From the NCBI GenBank assembly GCA_043228905.1, contig JBHGNT010000001.1, forward strand, positions 12,400,001 to 12,464,000: a stretch of 64,000 nt of DNA. Direction: 5' to 3'. Position 1 is the stretch's first letter. Each line of letters begins with the position of its first letter. Position numbers and translations under genes: made by a program. This document shows, piece by piece, positions 14,395-26,496 of the stretch. The notes under the pieces are model-generated. The model worked only from the letters and a program-made list of their open reading frames with translations. It was not told the DNA's origin and ran no database searches. Source of the DNA: Azolla caroliniana (lineage: Eukaryota > Plantae > Polypodiophyta).

Positions 14395-17300
14395 TTATCT
14401 CTGTTTGGCAAAATGTGATAGACCTTTCCGTAGGTCCACCAAACAAGCGAAAATTCGATCTACTAACCTGTTTAGTGGAAGCTCTACCAAAAGTAGTAGC
14501 TACAAAAGAAAAAACATAGAAATTGTAAAAATGTTCATATCATGTGCAATTGAAAATAAGGAATGTGTAAATCCTGCCCACACTAACCTCTATCAAACCC
14601 TCATTAAATGTGAGTGATGACTGCAACGAATCAGATGTCATTCCTTCCTTGATTATATTGAAAACAGTCTCGCTCATTTTAGTATCCATAACTACAGTTT
14701 TCGATCGCACCCATATGTGATCGATCCCAAGGTCTGCAGCAATCCTCCGTATATAGATTGATTTCAGTATAATCTGATTTATCAACAAGAAGGGTAACGT
14801 AGTTCTCAAGTCATTCGTTAGTTTGAAGGAGAGAACATACTGGATAGGGTATGAATAGAGTCACCGTAAAGAAATTTACCTCAAAAGAAGGAGTTTCTCT
14901 TCCAAAATCACAGCGCAAATTATTTGTTAAGTACATGAGTTCTTTTAGCCCAGTAAATGCTGCTGATTCCAGGTCAGCAATGATAGATTCATACTTCAAT
15001 GGATTCTGTATGTAGTCACTCATACTGCCATGGTGCAATTGCAAATCAAGCTGCTAAAGCAAAGGTAATTATTAGTTCATTTTTCTATGAGATATTTTTT
15101 TTTATCTTTTATGTAACAGTTAGAATTTACCATACCTTGACTTCTTTATAATCAAGTTGAAAGAAAACATGATGATCCGCCTGAACAGTATCCAAACATT
15201 TCAGAACTCTTCATGAGTGTTATTTTTCCCAATTCATACATGGTTCCAACACAGTTTTACCTACCTTTGACAAAGTCTCAAAAAGAATATCAAAGAACAG
15301 GTCCATGCCAATATGTGCAGCCTCCCCACTTTGTTTTTCACCAAATACACTGCCAAAACCTCGTATTGCCAAGTCCCTTTCTGCCAAATGAAACCCTCGT
15401 CCAAGTTCGCAAAACTCCTCAAGAGCAACTAGTTTCTCCTGAAAAAGTATTGGAAAGTACATAAAAACAAAACAAATTGTGATAAGCCATCTTCTACATA
15501 TATTCTATGGAAAATATTCGTAAAAAGTCAGTCATTTACTACAGATCATCATTAAAATCAGCTATTTTTCAAGAATTCTACTCTTTGGGAAGGCCAAATA
15601 TAGTGATACCAATGCCAAAGGACAAAACTTCAAAATATGCTGTGCTGACAAAAAAGCATGATGAAGAATGAGCAGTGGCACTAAAACAAACCCTCAATAA
15701 TTACAAAAGCACTTGTATTATCTATCTCCAAATACTTTAACTAGCAATGGAGAAAGCAGACTGAAACCCAAACGTTCAGGGAGAATGAGCAGTGGCACTA
15801 AAACAAACACTTGATAACTACAACAGCAATTGTATTATCTATCTCCTCCAAATACTTTAACTAGCAATGGAGAAAGCAGACTGAAACCTAAACGTTTAGG
15901 GAGCCTGATGTACGATATAATATAAGTTGTGAAAATGCAAACAGAATATTTTGTGACTCTGCATGGCAAGCTATCAACCACTAATTGCATTATATGCAGA
16001 ACATTCTCAGCAAAAAAACAGTAGTAAATCTGAAAAAATTTCAAATTTCTCAGCCTGATGATGGCCGAGAAACTTTAAGATAAATATGATATGAACCCAA
16101 TGTTGAAAATATGTCCCTGGATGCACTTTCTTTTGCAATACTAATTTCAGTTCAAGTGTGAACCGTACCAGTGCTTCATCAGATAGAGCACTCTTTTGAG
16201 GGTAAAACAGGTATGCATGCGCCTCCTTATCTGCTCTGCCAACTCGACCACGCAACTGTATCAAGGGATAACATAAGACAAATATGCAGAAAAATAAACA
16301 ATAATCAATTAGTATTGTCTTCCAAGCAACGAAATGAAAAACTGCGATGATGCTTCACCAAAGAGGACATGCAGAATACAGCAAATGCAATGCAAAGCCC
16401 TAAGAATTATTAAATTTGTAGGTTATGTATGTGCAAATTTTATTTTTCTCTACTTTTTTTGATAAAACAGGGCAGGGCTAACATTAACTCTGTACCAAAG
16501 GGATCTTTTTCTTATAGTTATGTATTCTAGTATCGACTGATCATATAGCCAACTGGAATGTCTTTATGCCAGCCCTTTTGTAGGACTATTTTCCATAGAG
16601 TGGCTTACAGGGGATTCTTTGGTTGTAATAGGTAAATCTATGCCAGCTTGCACTTGGGACTTTGATTTATTATATGTTTTCTTTCCTGAAGAAAGAAAGT
16701 ACACTGAGTGATAGAGAACTTACATACATTTAAAGAAGAGAAAAGAAAAGGAGTAATGGTATAAAACAATAGAATAGTGAATATCTGAAACAAAAATTAT
16801 GTCTACTCTTATCTTTTACAAAGTTTGTTATTGCTGCATTTGTTATATAATACAAATTTTCTGACTCGCTAACCTGATAAACTTGAGCCAAGCCAAAGAA
16901 ATGGACATCCTCAACAATGATTGTGTTAACTCTCCTTACATCAAGACCACTTTCGATTATGCTTGTACATAAAAGTAGCTGTGACTCCCCTTGAGCAAAA
17001 GAGTCCATAGTTTCTTCCAACAAAGCAGCACTTTGCTACAACCATGCACATCCATTACCCATTAGTAAAAATGTGAGACGTAAATCATGTCTTAATTTTA
17101 AGTTATTTCTTGCAACATGTTGAGATTATGGAAGCTTTTGGACACATAAAATACACGGCTGAAATAGTAAGTGAGATACTGAAACACCCAAATGTAGAAA
17201 AGAATATATTTAAATAACATTTACAACTTCTGCAATGATATTTGTGTTAAAAAGAATTCAGAAATTTCTTGCTTTACTTTCTAGTTAAATACAACCATGA

Positions 17301-20300
17301 AACAAACAATCATTTCTCAAGAATCCCTTTGAATCTTAAACCCATTGTCTATAGGGTCCAATATCTACACTGAATATAATATAATTCAGCAAACAGAATG
17401 CCTAAAATAATTCAGCACAATAAACCATGTTCAATTCATAAAATGCAACTATTAATGGTCATAATATTGGATTAAACTATGATTTTAGGCTTTGACGTTG
17501 CCTGAGGTTTTCACAATATCTACTACAGCCTATCACCCCTTTCTGTTTTCCCATGATTTCTACCCTTCTTCTCTGTCTCTTCTTAATTTCTTATCAAACA
17601 GAAATCTATAGCTAGACACGGTAAGGTTCAGTTAGACACGGTAAGGTTTTAAGTCATTACTAGTCAAGGATGAATCATCAGTTCCTCATCTTTAAGGTCC
17701 AAAGCTGCAGTTCACAACTATTATTACTTCTGCTCATAAAGATTATTAAATGAGAGAAGAACAGACATGTACTCAGGTGGAGCATAACTTCTGGTTAGAC
17801 AGCAACAAGAAACCAACAATTTTCAGTGGACACAAAAGTAGTTCAAGTGTAACAGATAAGAGTTTGAATTCATACTTTTCCATGTGCAACACTAATTACA
17901 ATGTTGGGAAACAACTTTTGTAGAGAAGCCTTCTTGGTTTGGATGCCTGCATAAAAAGATAATGATAATGTAAACCTTGTAGAGGAAGAAGATTCACTGA
18001 AGCTGCTGTAGTAGACAGAAGACTTTATTCATTAGGGTAATGAGGCATCATCCAGGAAATACCCTTTGAAAAATTCCCCAGCACCCAAACAGTGTGCTTT
18101 GTAAATGTAGTCTAGAATGCAGAATTCAAATAAAAAAGCTTCAACGATGCAATATACCTTGAGTTCGAGGCACAACATAATATATTTGTCCATTTCGATC
18201 CAGTTCAAATTTTATTGCATCCTTCACGCTTTCTTCATTGTATTCCATGATATGTGTCTTAATTGGAACCCTTTCTGGAGGAGCTGTTGTAATCAAACTA
18301 TTTTTCACAAGGAAAATTAATAGTATCAAGTAAGGAAGTGTCTCATCTCAAAATCTTAAAGAAATATATGCATATCTCGTGATATAAAAGAAATTAAATT
18401 ATTTCATGCACCCAGGACAAATCCATAACTCGGAAACAGAGAATTCCCACATCAAAGTTATTACAAAGAAACAGCAGAGCTTTGACAGTGACAATTTTGT
18501 GTGAGACATTAATGAATAGGCTTTGGGTACAAAATATTGGCTCATAAACAGAGATTTTCAGAAATTCTTTTAAGAAGATATAAAGAGGAACTACTTAATG
18601 ACAAAAACCTTGCATCTCGAAAGCCTACGAGCGCCAGGTACAAAGTTCTAGGAATAGGTGTTGCTGAGAGAGTAAGAACATCCACAGAAGTCTTCATCGA
18701 TGCAATGCGTTCTTTTTGCTTTACACCAAATCTCTGAATTGAAAATTTCCTTTTTAGGCTGATAATGATACCAAGTAACAAACTTAAAGAAGGAAAATAG
18801 AATCTGCATAACTAGAAGAAATGTGTAGAACCTGCTCTTCATCAACAATCAACAGACCCAAATTATTGTAATGTATATTGTTTCCAAAAAGAGCATGTGT
18901 TCCAACGATTATGTCTAAGGTTCCAGCTTTTATTTCCAAAGCAAGGTTTCTTTTCTCTGCTGCTGTCTGTAGGAGAAGAAAAGGAAAGTAAATAGGAGAT
19001 CCTAGTTTCTAATGTGCCATAAAAGTTAATTGAAAAATGCAATGTACCTGAAATCTACTTAAGAGAGCAATGCGTGCTTTATAGTCAGTGAACCGATCCC
19101 GTATTACATTGTAATGCTGCCTGGCTAAAACTGTTGTGGGAGCCAAAACCATTACTTGTTTACCAGCACAGAAACCCCGGAAGATTGCTCTGAGAGCCAC
19201 TTCAGTCTTTCCAAAACCAACATCACCACAAATCAATCTATCCATTGGGGTTTCATTTTCAACCATGTCTTTTTCAACATCAGCAAAGGCCTGTCACATA
19301 GTTTATGATACATTAGCAATTGACATATTTAAGCATTTTACATGATGAAAAGTGTTCTGCAAGCATATGCTTTTAGTCTTTATCAACAGAATTGTCACTA
19401 TTGTTGCAAACTTTATCACATTCAGTTAAAGTGTTAAAATTACTCAGTCACTAAACCTCAACAACCTTCTATCAATACTTCTTCTAGCAATCCTTTTTTT
19501 CCTGAACATATAGAATGTGAAACTTCACATATAAATTCTTTTTTAACCCAGATGCTTTCTCTTCTTGCTGACCCATTTATCCAGTTAGACACGAAAGAGA
19601 TGAAAAATACTGAAATTAGAAAGAAGACCAGTTCCTGAAGGTGGAAAACACTTCTCGGCATGTGCACCTAATCCAAGCCTTGGACATCTACAATGGTGCT
19701 ATTTGCATAATGAAACCCTGGTTTCATTCATCCTGCATGAACCCTAGGATCATTCATCACCATGGAACTATTGTTCACTGCTTCATTGATGTATTCTTCT
19801 GACAACTGCAGTGTATGTTAATACTTTTTCCCAGTCATAAAACGCAATGTACTGACAAGTTGATGGCGAAGTCAAGCTAAGGTTCGAGAAATTGAAAGTT
19901 TATGGAGAGCACAGAAGCTGTCACAACTGGGTGCAAGGGTGCAGTACCAAGTTCTTGGATGATACAACTGAGATTATTTTGATTGATTTTGGAAAACAGC
20001 TCGGTAATTGTGGTCTAGTATTTGACTTGATGAAGTTCGGCCATGATGGAATGTTATAATATATAGCAATGTACTCCGTCCTCACTGTTTTTCACAATCA
20101 GTTCACAGCCTAATAAACATTTTGCTGAAATATTGTACTCAGCCTTTTGAAATTTGGTAAATAGTAACCTAATATCAAACATTTACATGCAGGAAATGTC
20201 TTTTGCCTTTTAACATTTGAAACGGTATTGTACAAATCACAATGGGGAGACATGAGAAATTTTATTGGAAGATGAGAAGCAATGTCACGTTTTACCTTAC

Positions 20301-22507
20301 AATTTCCATTTTCTCAATGAAAGAAAGGCATTTTGAGACTTTAGTATCATACCAACCATAATAGATGGATACAGAAAATTCACACTTTGGATGGCACATA
20401 GGACTTTGAGAGCTATTGGAAGATTAGAAACGACATGGTTTACCTATCCTTCAAACCAATGCTCAGCTTTATAGCATCTAGTTGCAGTATCATGACCATC
20501 TTTAATTTTTTTTGTTAGATAATCATTCAAGGTTTCCTACATTATGCATATTATTGATTACAGAAAACATCAAGTGTGTTGCTAACAATCGGCAACGGTT
20601 CGGTTTGAACCGAACCAAACCACAAAACTACAACTTAATGGTTTAAACGGTTTGGTTCAGTTCGGTTTAGGTTCGGGTTTTTTTTAACGGTTCGGTTTGG
20701 TGTCAACAGTTAGAAACCGCAGTTTTAACGGTTTAACGGTTTTTTTTTAATTAAAAAAATTGTTTTTAAACAATCTTATCATTTTCATGCCTTTTTCTCA
20801 CAAACCAAACCATGAAACCGTGGTTTTACCGGTTTAACGGCTTAACGGTTTGAAAAAATTTAATGGGTCGGTTTAACGGTTTCGTGGTTCGGTTCAAGTT
20901 TCAAAAAAATTTAACGGTTCGGTTTGGACCCTCTCGAACCGAACCGTTGCCGATTGTTATGTGTTGCCACAGCCCCCAAGGTAAAAGACACCATAAGAAA
21001 CCTGTTCTTGGTCTGGTGTAGGCTTATAAGGAAACCTCATAATAAATTCATTCATCAGTTCAGCATTTCTTGGATATGGAGGCCTCTTTTGCTTCAGACG
21101 GCTTATGTATAACTGCAATAAGTCAACCACCATACGCTGAGCTGCAAGTTTTCCTTTGCTTTTCCTCTTCTCCCATTGCCGAGGATCACTTAGCTTGCTT
21201 AGTACAGGAGCCTTCCCTTTCTCACCAGTTCTAAACACAAAATAAAGAGAAGATATTCGAACATAAAATAAGGCTACGGTATTCTAAATGAAAAGTAAGG
21301 AATGATATTCCAAATGCAAAATAAGGACATGATATTTTTGTTTAATATGTGAATTAACCTACTGGTAATATCGGTACAACAGCCGTGAAGCTTGTTGTGC
21401 CTTTAGTTTGGCCATTCCATCAGCATATTGAAGAATAACATACTCTGGTCCAAATTCACCTTCACTTTGCAATCGAACAAAACGTCCTACGCCCTTTGTC
21501 TTATGCACAACATATTCTCCTGGTACTAATGACTCTGGTTCTATAGTACATGTGAAATCTTGCATCGTGCTAGGTCCCTTTTGATCATTGGTTCTTCTTT
21601 TAGCAATCATCATTTCCATGCCTTTCCTTCTTGTCTCTTTGATCTTTTCCAAAACCAAACTTATCTCATCCTTCTTGAAAGCCGTTTTGCCGAATGATAT
21701 ACCCATCTCCTTTTCCCTGTCCAAGAGAAGATGAAGCTCTTTGAAAGGATCATCTCTAGTTTGTGACATAGAAGATTCTGTAGGTACCACAAATGGATAA
21801 CCAGATGATTCTTGTGTATGAGATGATAAAATGGTGTCACTTGCTAATGGCGGTTGATGAAATGATGTGGCTGATGATGTAGAATCATATGCATTCTCTT
21901 GTGATGGAGAAAACCTAGTTAGGGTTTCCAAAGGCACAAATATTTTCTCTGCTGCCCTAGCATAGGTTTTTTTTGCATCTCTAGCATGTCTTACCTTTAC
22001 GTCTCTATCGTATGTAGTTTTTCCAGCTCTGGTATATGATGCATCAATAGCATATCTATCTCGTGATGCATCGATAGCATATGCTGTCTTTGCATCTATG
22101 CTATATCTTCTCTTTACATCCATAGTGTGCATTGCTTTTACATCTCTACCAAATGTTGACTTCCCAACTCTACTATATGTTGTTTTAACATCTTTTGCAT
22201 ATGTCGCCTTCACATCTCTAGTAAATGTTGCCTTTCCATCTCTAGCACATGTCTCTGTCTGTATTTTCCGCATAGAATGCATAGTCTTTTGCAGTGTTAA
22301 CACAGGGAATCCCGTGGAGAACGGAAGGTCCTTCTTCGAAAAGATACCACATTTCTTCTTCTTGCAAGGATTAAACCAAGTATTCAATCCAGCAGAAGTA
22401 AGAACAGACGATGAAGCATTGCTTGTATGAAGCTCCATGGATGATGATGCTGTTGTTGATGATGATGATGATGATGGTAATGATGCATAGGAAACCCTAA
22501 TTTCCAT
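14395..22507 (-). CDS. MFD: Plastid Mfd/TRCF-like ATP-dependent DNA helicase (At3g02060-like transcription-repair coupling factor), 14 exons
   Basis: Exons 22507-21363, 21230-21002, 19290-19048, 18966-18832, 18733-18609, 18297-18158, 17946-17876, 17035-16874, 16255-16169, 15438-15265, 15180-15136, 15050-14880, 14773-14588, 14499-14395. CarD/TRCF motif [15 protein letters not shown], Walker [40 protein letters not shown] motif [10 protein letters not shown]. Ser-rich transit-peptide-like N-terminus. Confidence 0.95.
15665..15903. repeat. Intronic ~119 bp tandem duplication
   Basis: AGAATGAGCAGTGGCACTAAAACAAAC...CTCCAAATACTTTAACTAGCAATGGAGAAAGCAGACTGAAACC..AAACGTT.AGGGAG occurs twice, adjacent. 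Confidence 0.9.
20583..20959. mobile_element. Non-autonomous hAT-type MITE in Mfd intron 2
   Basis: TIR TAACAATCGGCAACGGTTCGGTT ... AACCGAACCGTTGCCGATTGTTA. Perfect 8 bp TSD TGTGTTGC (20575-20582 and 20960-20967). Many internal AACGG/CGGTT repeats. Confidence 0.92.
21945..22256 (-). repeat. Coding 24-nt (octapeptide) tandem repeat in Mfd N-terminus
   Basis: About 13 degenerate units of consensus (A/T)TYARDVK: [56 protein letters not shown] ... [24 protein letters not shown]. Confidence 0.85.
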
Positions 22508-22708
22508 GGAACCCTAATCAAGCACGTGTACAATATCAATATGGCAACAAAAATCGCTTTTTCTCTGCAATTGCTAGGGAGACGGATGGTGGGCGCGGAT
22601 AAGGCATGGTGTTTGTTTAGAATGTGTAGGAGATTTTCGTAAACATATATATTATATCGATGATGATGATGATGATAGCCTGCAGAGTTCTTCTAGCCCT
22701 GTCTTCCG

Positions 22709-22751
<43 letters not shown>

Positions 22752-23030
22752 CCTCTGTTATCTTGCCTTCCCCGTATCTATCTGTGGCTCTGTCTGTTAT
22801 CTTCTTCTTCTTCTTCTTCTTCTTACATTTATTTATTTATTTATGTAGTAACGTGTGATATTTGTTAAACCATGTATTTTTGGAGAAATTTCAAAAAGGA
22901 TACCCCTACAAAACCCCCTTCTTCTACTACCTATAATACCCAAAATGCCCCTCGACCTATTATATTATATATACATATACACATACACATATATATATAT
23001 ATGTATGCATGTGTATGTATAGTATGTGTG

Positions 23031-23940
23031 TGTTAGAACCAGAGGGTGTTCTGGGAACGTAACGCTCCCTCCCTCACTTTGTGTTTGTGGGTACAACTCT
23101 ACGGGATAATGAACTGTCACAAGGGATGGGTGATGGTGGGATGTCTAGAGTGACACCAAGCAAGTTCTTGTGTCGACATGGAGTGTGCCTATCAGTTACT
23201 GCTTCCCTTCCTCTCAATTGTCTACCGCATATTGCTCCTTGCCATGCCAAGGCGTAAATTGGCCTTAGTGAAAGTGAGAGACGACCTCGAGTCCCACATC
23301 GGTGTCTCTTACCACCAAGTACAAACTCGGGTCGTACATTGGGTTTGAGGAAGGAGGCACACGTGTATGAGGGTAGAGTTTTGTTATACTATCAAAGTCT
23401 CCATTCAATATAATAAAGAGGGACCCCCCCCCACCCACCCAAGAAGGTAGCGAGTTTTCTTATATATGCTTAAACCTTTTAGCACTTTTTTGCTTCACAC
23501 TTGGTTGCCTTTTTTATAAGTGGTCAAGTGATGAAACACTCTAAAGTTATCTCCCACGGCCAAATTGAGATAATTCAATCTTCACCCCTTGTTTTTTATG
23601 AATTAGCCGATACATGACCCTAAAGTTAGAGAATTATGGTTACAATTATGCTCTAACATATTCCCCATCTTTATAAGATAGTATTGTTGCGGTAAAAAGT
23701 CAGGGAAGTAATTATAAACTCTCGAATATGCTTTGGAGTGTCTTTGTAACGCCAAAATGACCAACTAAGGGGTCATCCAGACACTTTTGGAGAACTTGAG
23801 TTCGACATTGGCCCTCCGGAACATATAAGAGCTGGACTCGGTAAAGCAATCCCCCCTCGAATATGAAGTGGTCAAGGTCTTCCTTGGTCTTGGATTTAGA
23901 CGAATCAATATGTTGAGAATCAAGCTCAACATAGTGCAAC
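23031..23940 (-). mobile_element. Gypsy relic: 3' LTR (23031-23658), PPT and integrase zinc-finger fragment
   Basis: TGTTAGA...TCTAACA termini. Minus-strand PPT AAGATGGGGAATA abuts the LTR. ORF fragment LLYVPEGQCRTQVLQKCLDDPLVGHFGVTKT resembles the Gypsy HHCC region. Confidence 0.7.
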
Positions 23941-23941
23941 G

Positions 23942-26496
23942 TGTCAACACACCTTTTGAGAATCTATGATTACTCAAAGGTCAAGATTCACACCACTACT
24001 CTCTACACATTAACTATGTGTCATAGAATCATATTCTATGACACATAACTAATGAGTTACATATTCCCCATGACTATGAGTCTTCACATTCCCCAAGAGA
24101 GAGTGGTTGTTGTAGTTAGTTAATGAAGAAAGGGGGTGACTATATATAAAGCACCCTCCTCATACTTCATATCAAGTTGGTCATGACTCCTTGTAATGCT
24201 ACATTTTTGTATTTGCTATTCTACTTGTGAATATACATCTTCTTCTTCTTGAGTACTTCATTGTGTTCCCATTCTAGCTAATCTATCTTGTGTTTCTCTT
24301 CTCTTCTCTCTTTCCTCTCACACATAACACACATCTCTTCCGCTTCACAAGAATCATACCTGATTCTTTACATGGTATCAGAGCAGTTTGGTAGCTCAAT
24401 CTAGCCCATCCGCATTTGTTGTGTTCTACGCCGACGTTCAAGAAGAACCGGCTCATCGCTTGCGACTACATAGCTCGTGTTCGAGAGAGAAGGAAAAGAA
24501 GAAAGAAAGCTTCATCGACAATGAATACTCAAATGGGGAGCACTCTCCCTAGCGAAAAGCTAGATTGAAACAACTTTGCATCTTGGGAGTACAAGATGCA
24601 CCAATACCTTGTCGGCCAAGGCTATTGGGGTTACATCAAAGGAGCACAAGAAAACCGACCCGACCCGAAAGACGCCGACTATGCAACATGGGAGCAAGCA
24701 GCAAACCGAGTGATGTATTGCTTGGCAACATGTGTTCACGACCACATGCTCGACTACATTCGAGAAGCCAAGACACCAAAGGATGCGCGGGAGAATCTAC
24801 GAAAGATTTTCGCTGCCAAAACAACCACGAGAAAGATTCAACTCTGCCAAGAATTGAACAACATCCAACAAAAAGGGATATGTCCGTCACAAGCTACACC
24901 TTGAAGATCAAAGAGCTTTGCGACTCGCTCGGCTCGATAAGCATCAATGTGGACGATGGTGAGATGGTGCAAATATGCCTTGACGGCCTTGCACGGTTTG
25001 GCACGATGACGACCATCGTATTAGCATGGGAGAATCCGCCCTCCTTCTTTGATCTTCAATCCATGTTGTTGGTCGAAGAAAACCATGTTCGAACAAGGAG
25101 CAACGCCTCGGAGGCCACATGCTCTACACGCATTAGAACGAAGGAAGAGGACACGGTCAAGCAAGAAGCTGATTCGGCCAAGGATGAGGCGGATGAGGTT
25201 GGACTTACGAAAACAACTCACAATTTCGGCATCAAGACGAAAGCCATCGAGGAACCTTCGGAAGAAGTGGGAGCTTCCATTTCGGTCCAAGCTGACAAAA
25301 CTAGGTCAAATGCGGATATTCCGAAAAAATCGGTCACCATGAAGAAGAGTGTTGTAAGAAGATACGCGAATCGGCTTCCACAAGCCGACAACTCACCAAT
25401 TACACCACCAACTCCGACTATGACGACCATGGTGGAATGTTCGTGATGAGACATAGAGCAAATTCTATGTCGACTTCTACTTCGAATAGCACATCTAGTC
25501 CGGAAGACATATGGTTCGTTGACTCCAGTGCCTCGAACCATATGACGTCTCTTCAAGAATGGTTCTGAGAACTTCGAGAGCTGGACCGACCCGACTATGT
25601 CGAAACCGGAGACGACACTACACATCCGATTCGACACATCGACAATGTCCCATTCGGAAAAGAAGGTAACCAAACTTTTATTAAAAATGTCTTGCATTTA
25701 CCAACCATTACGAAGAATTTGGTCTCCGTCAGACAAATTGTTGAGTAAGGGATGCAAGTACGATTTAATCAAGGAAGTTCCTTCATCGAAAAAGAGGGCT
25801 GACTCATCGCTCGCGGATGAAGAGAGGGCCGAATGTTCATTCTCGACTTGCACGAGATGAAATCGGCCATGTTCGCAAAGGGCACGAAAGCCAATTCCGA
25901 TATAGAGTTATGGCACAAGCGGATTGACCATATCAACCTCCAAAAGCTCAAGGCAATGCAATCGAAAGGAGTCGTCATCGGGCTCCCGACATTCAAGGAG
26001 AAAGAGATTGAAGGTGTGTGTGCCGCTTGCCAATTCGGCAAGCAACATTGGCACCCATTTATGAAGGAGCAGAATGTGAGTAAAGGCGTACTCGACGTAA
26101 TTCATTCCGATGTATGGGGTCCGGCTCAGACGGCTACATTCGGCGCATGCCGATACTATGTGGCCTTCATCAACGACTTCTCCACGCACACATGGATCTA
26201 CCCCATGCGGCAAAAGAGTGAAGTGTTCAGACACTTCCAAAAATTTAAGAATGAAGTTGAGAAAGCCACAGGCCAACATGTACGATGTCTTTGGTCGGAT
26301 GGAGGAAAATAGTACTTTTCGATAAATTTACGGCGTATCTTCGAAAGGAGGAATCCGACGAGAATTCTCGTGCCGACACACACCTCAACAAAACGGTGTA
26401 GCTAAATGAAAGAATCAGCACATCCTCGAAGTAGCACGGACCATGATGAACGAAAAGCATCTACCGAAATCGTATTGGGCATAAGTGGCTAACACT
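23942..26496 (+). mobile_element. 3'-truncated Ty1/Copia element (5' LTR, Met-tRNA PBS, gag, protease, partial integrase)
   Basis: LTR end ...TCTTTACA at 24372 is followed by PBS TGGTATCAGAGC. Frameshifted gag (MHQYLVGQGYW), PR (WFVDSSASNHM), LWHKRIDH, C..C..GKQ, HSDVWGP. Homology stops after LPKSYWA*VANT. The LTR left boundary is approximate. Confidence 0.85.

Noticed and set aside
14395-22507. Bacterial contamination or recent HGT of mfd
   Set aside because: The gene has 13 spliceosomal introns and a transit-peptide-like N-terminus, consistent with the known nuclear-encoded plastid homologue.
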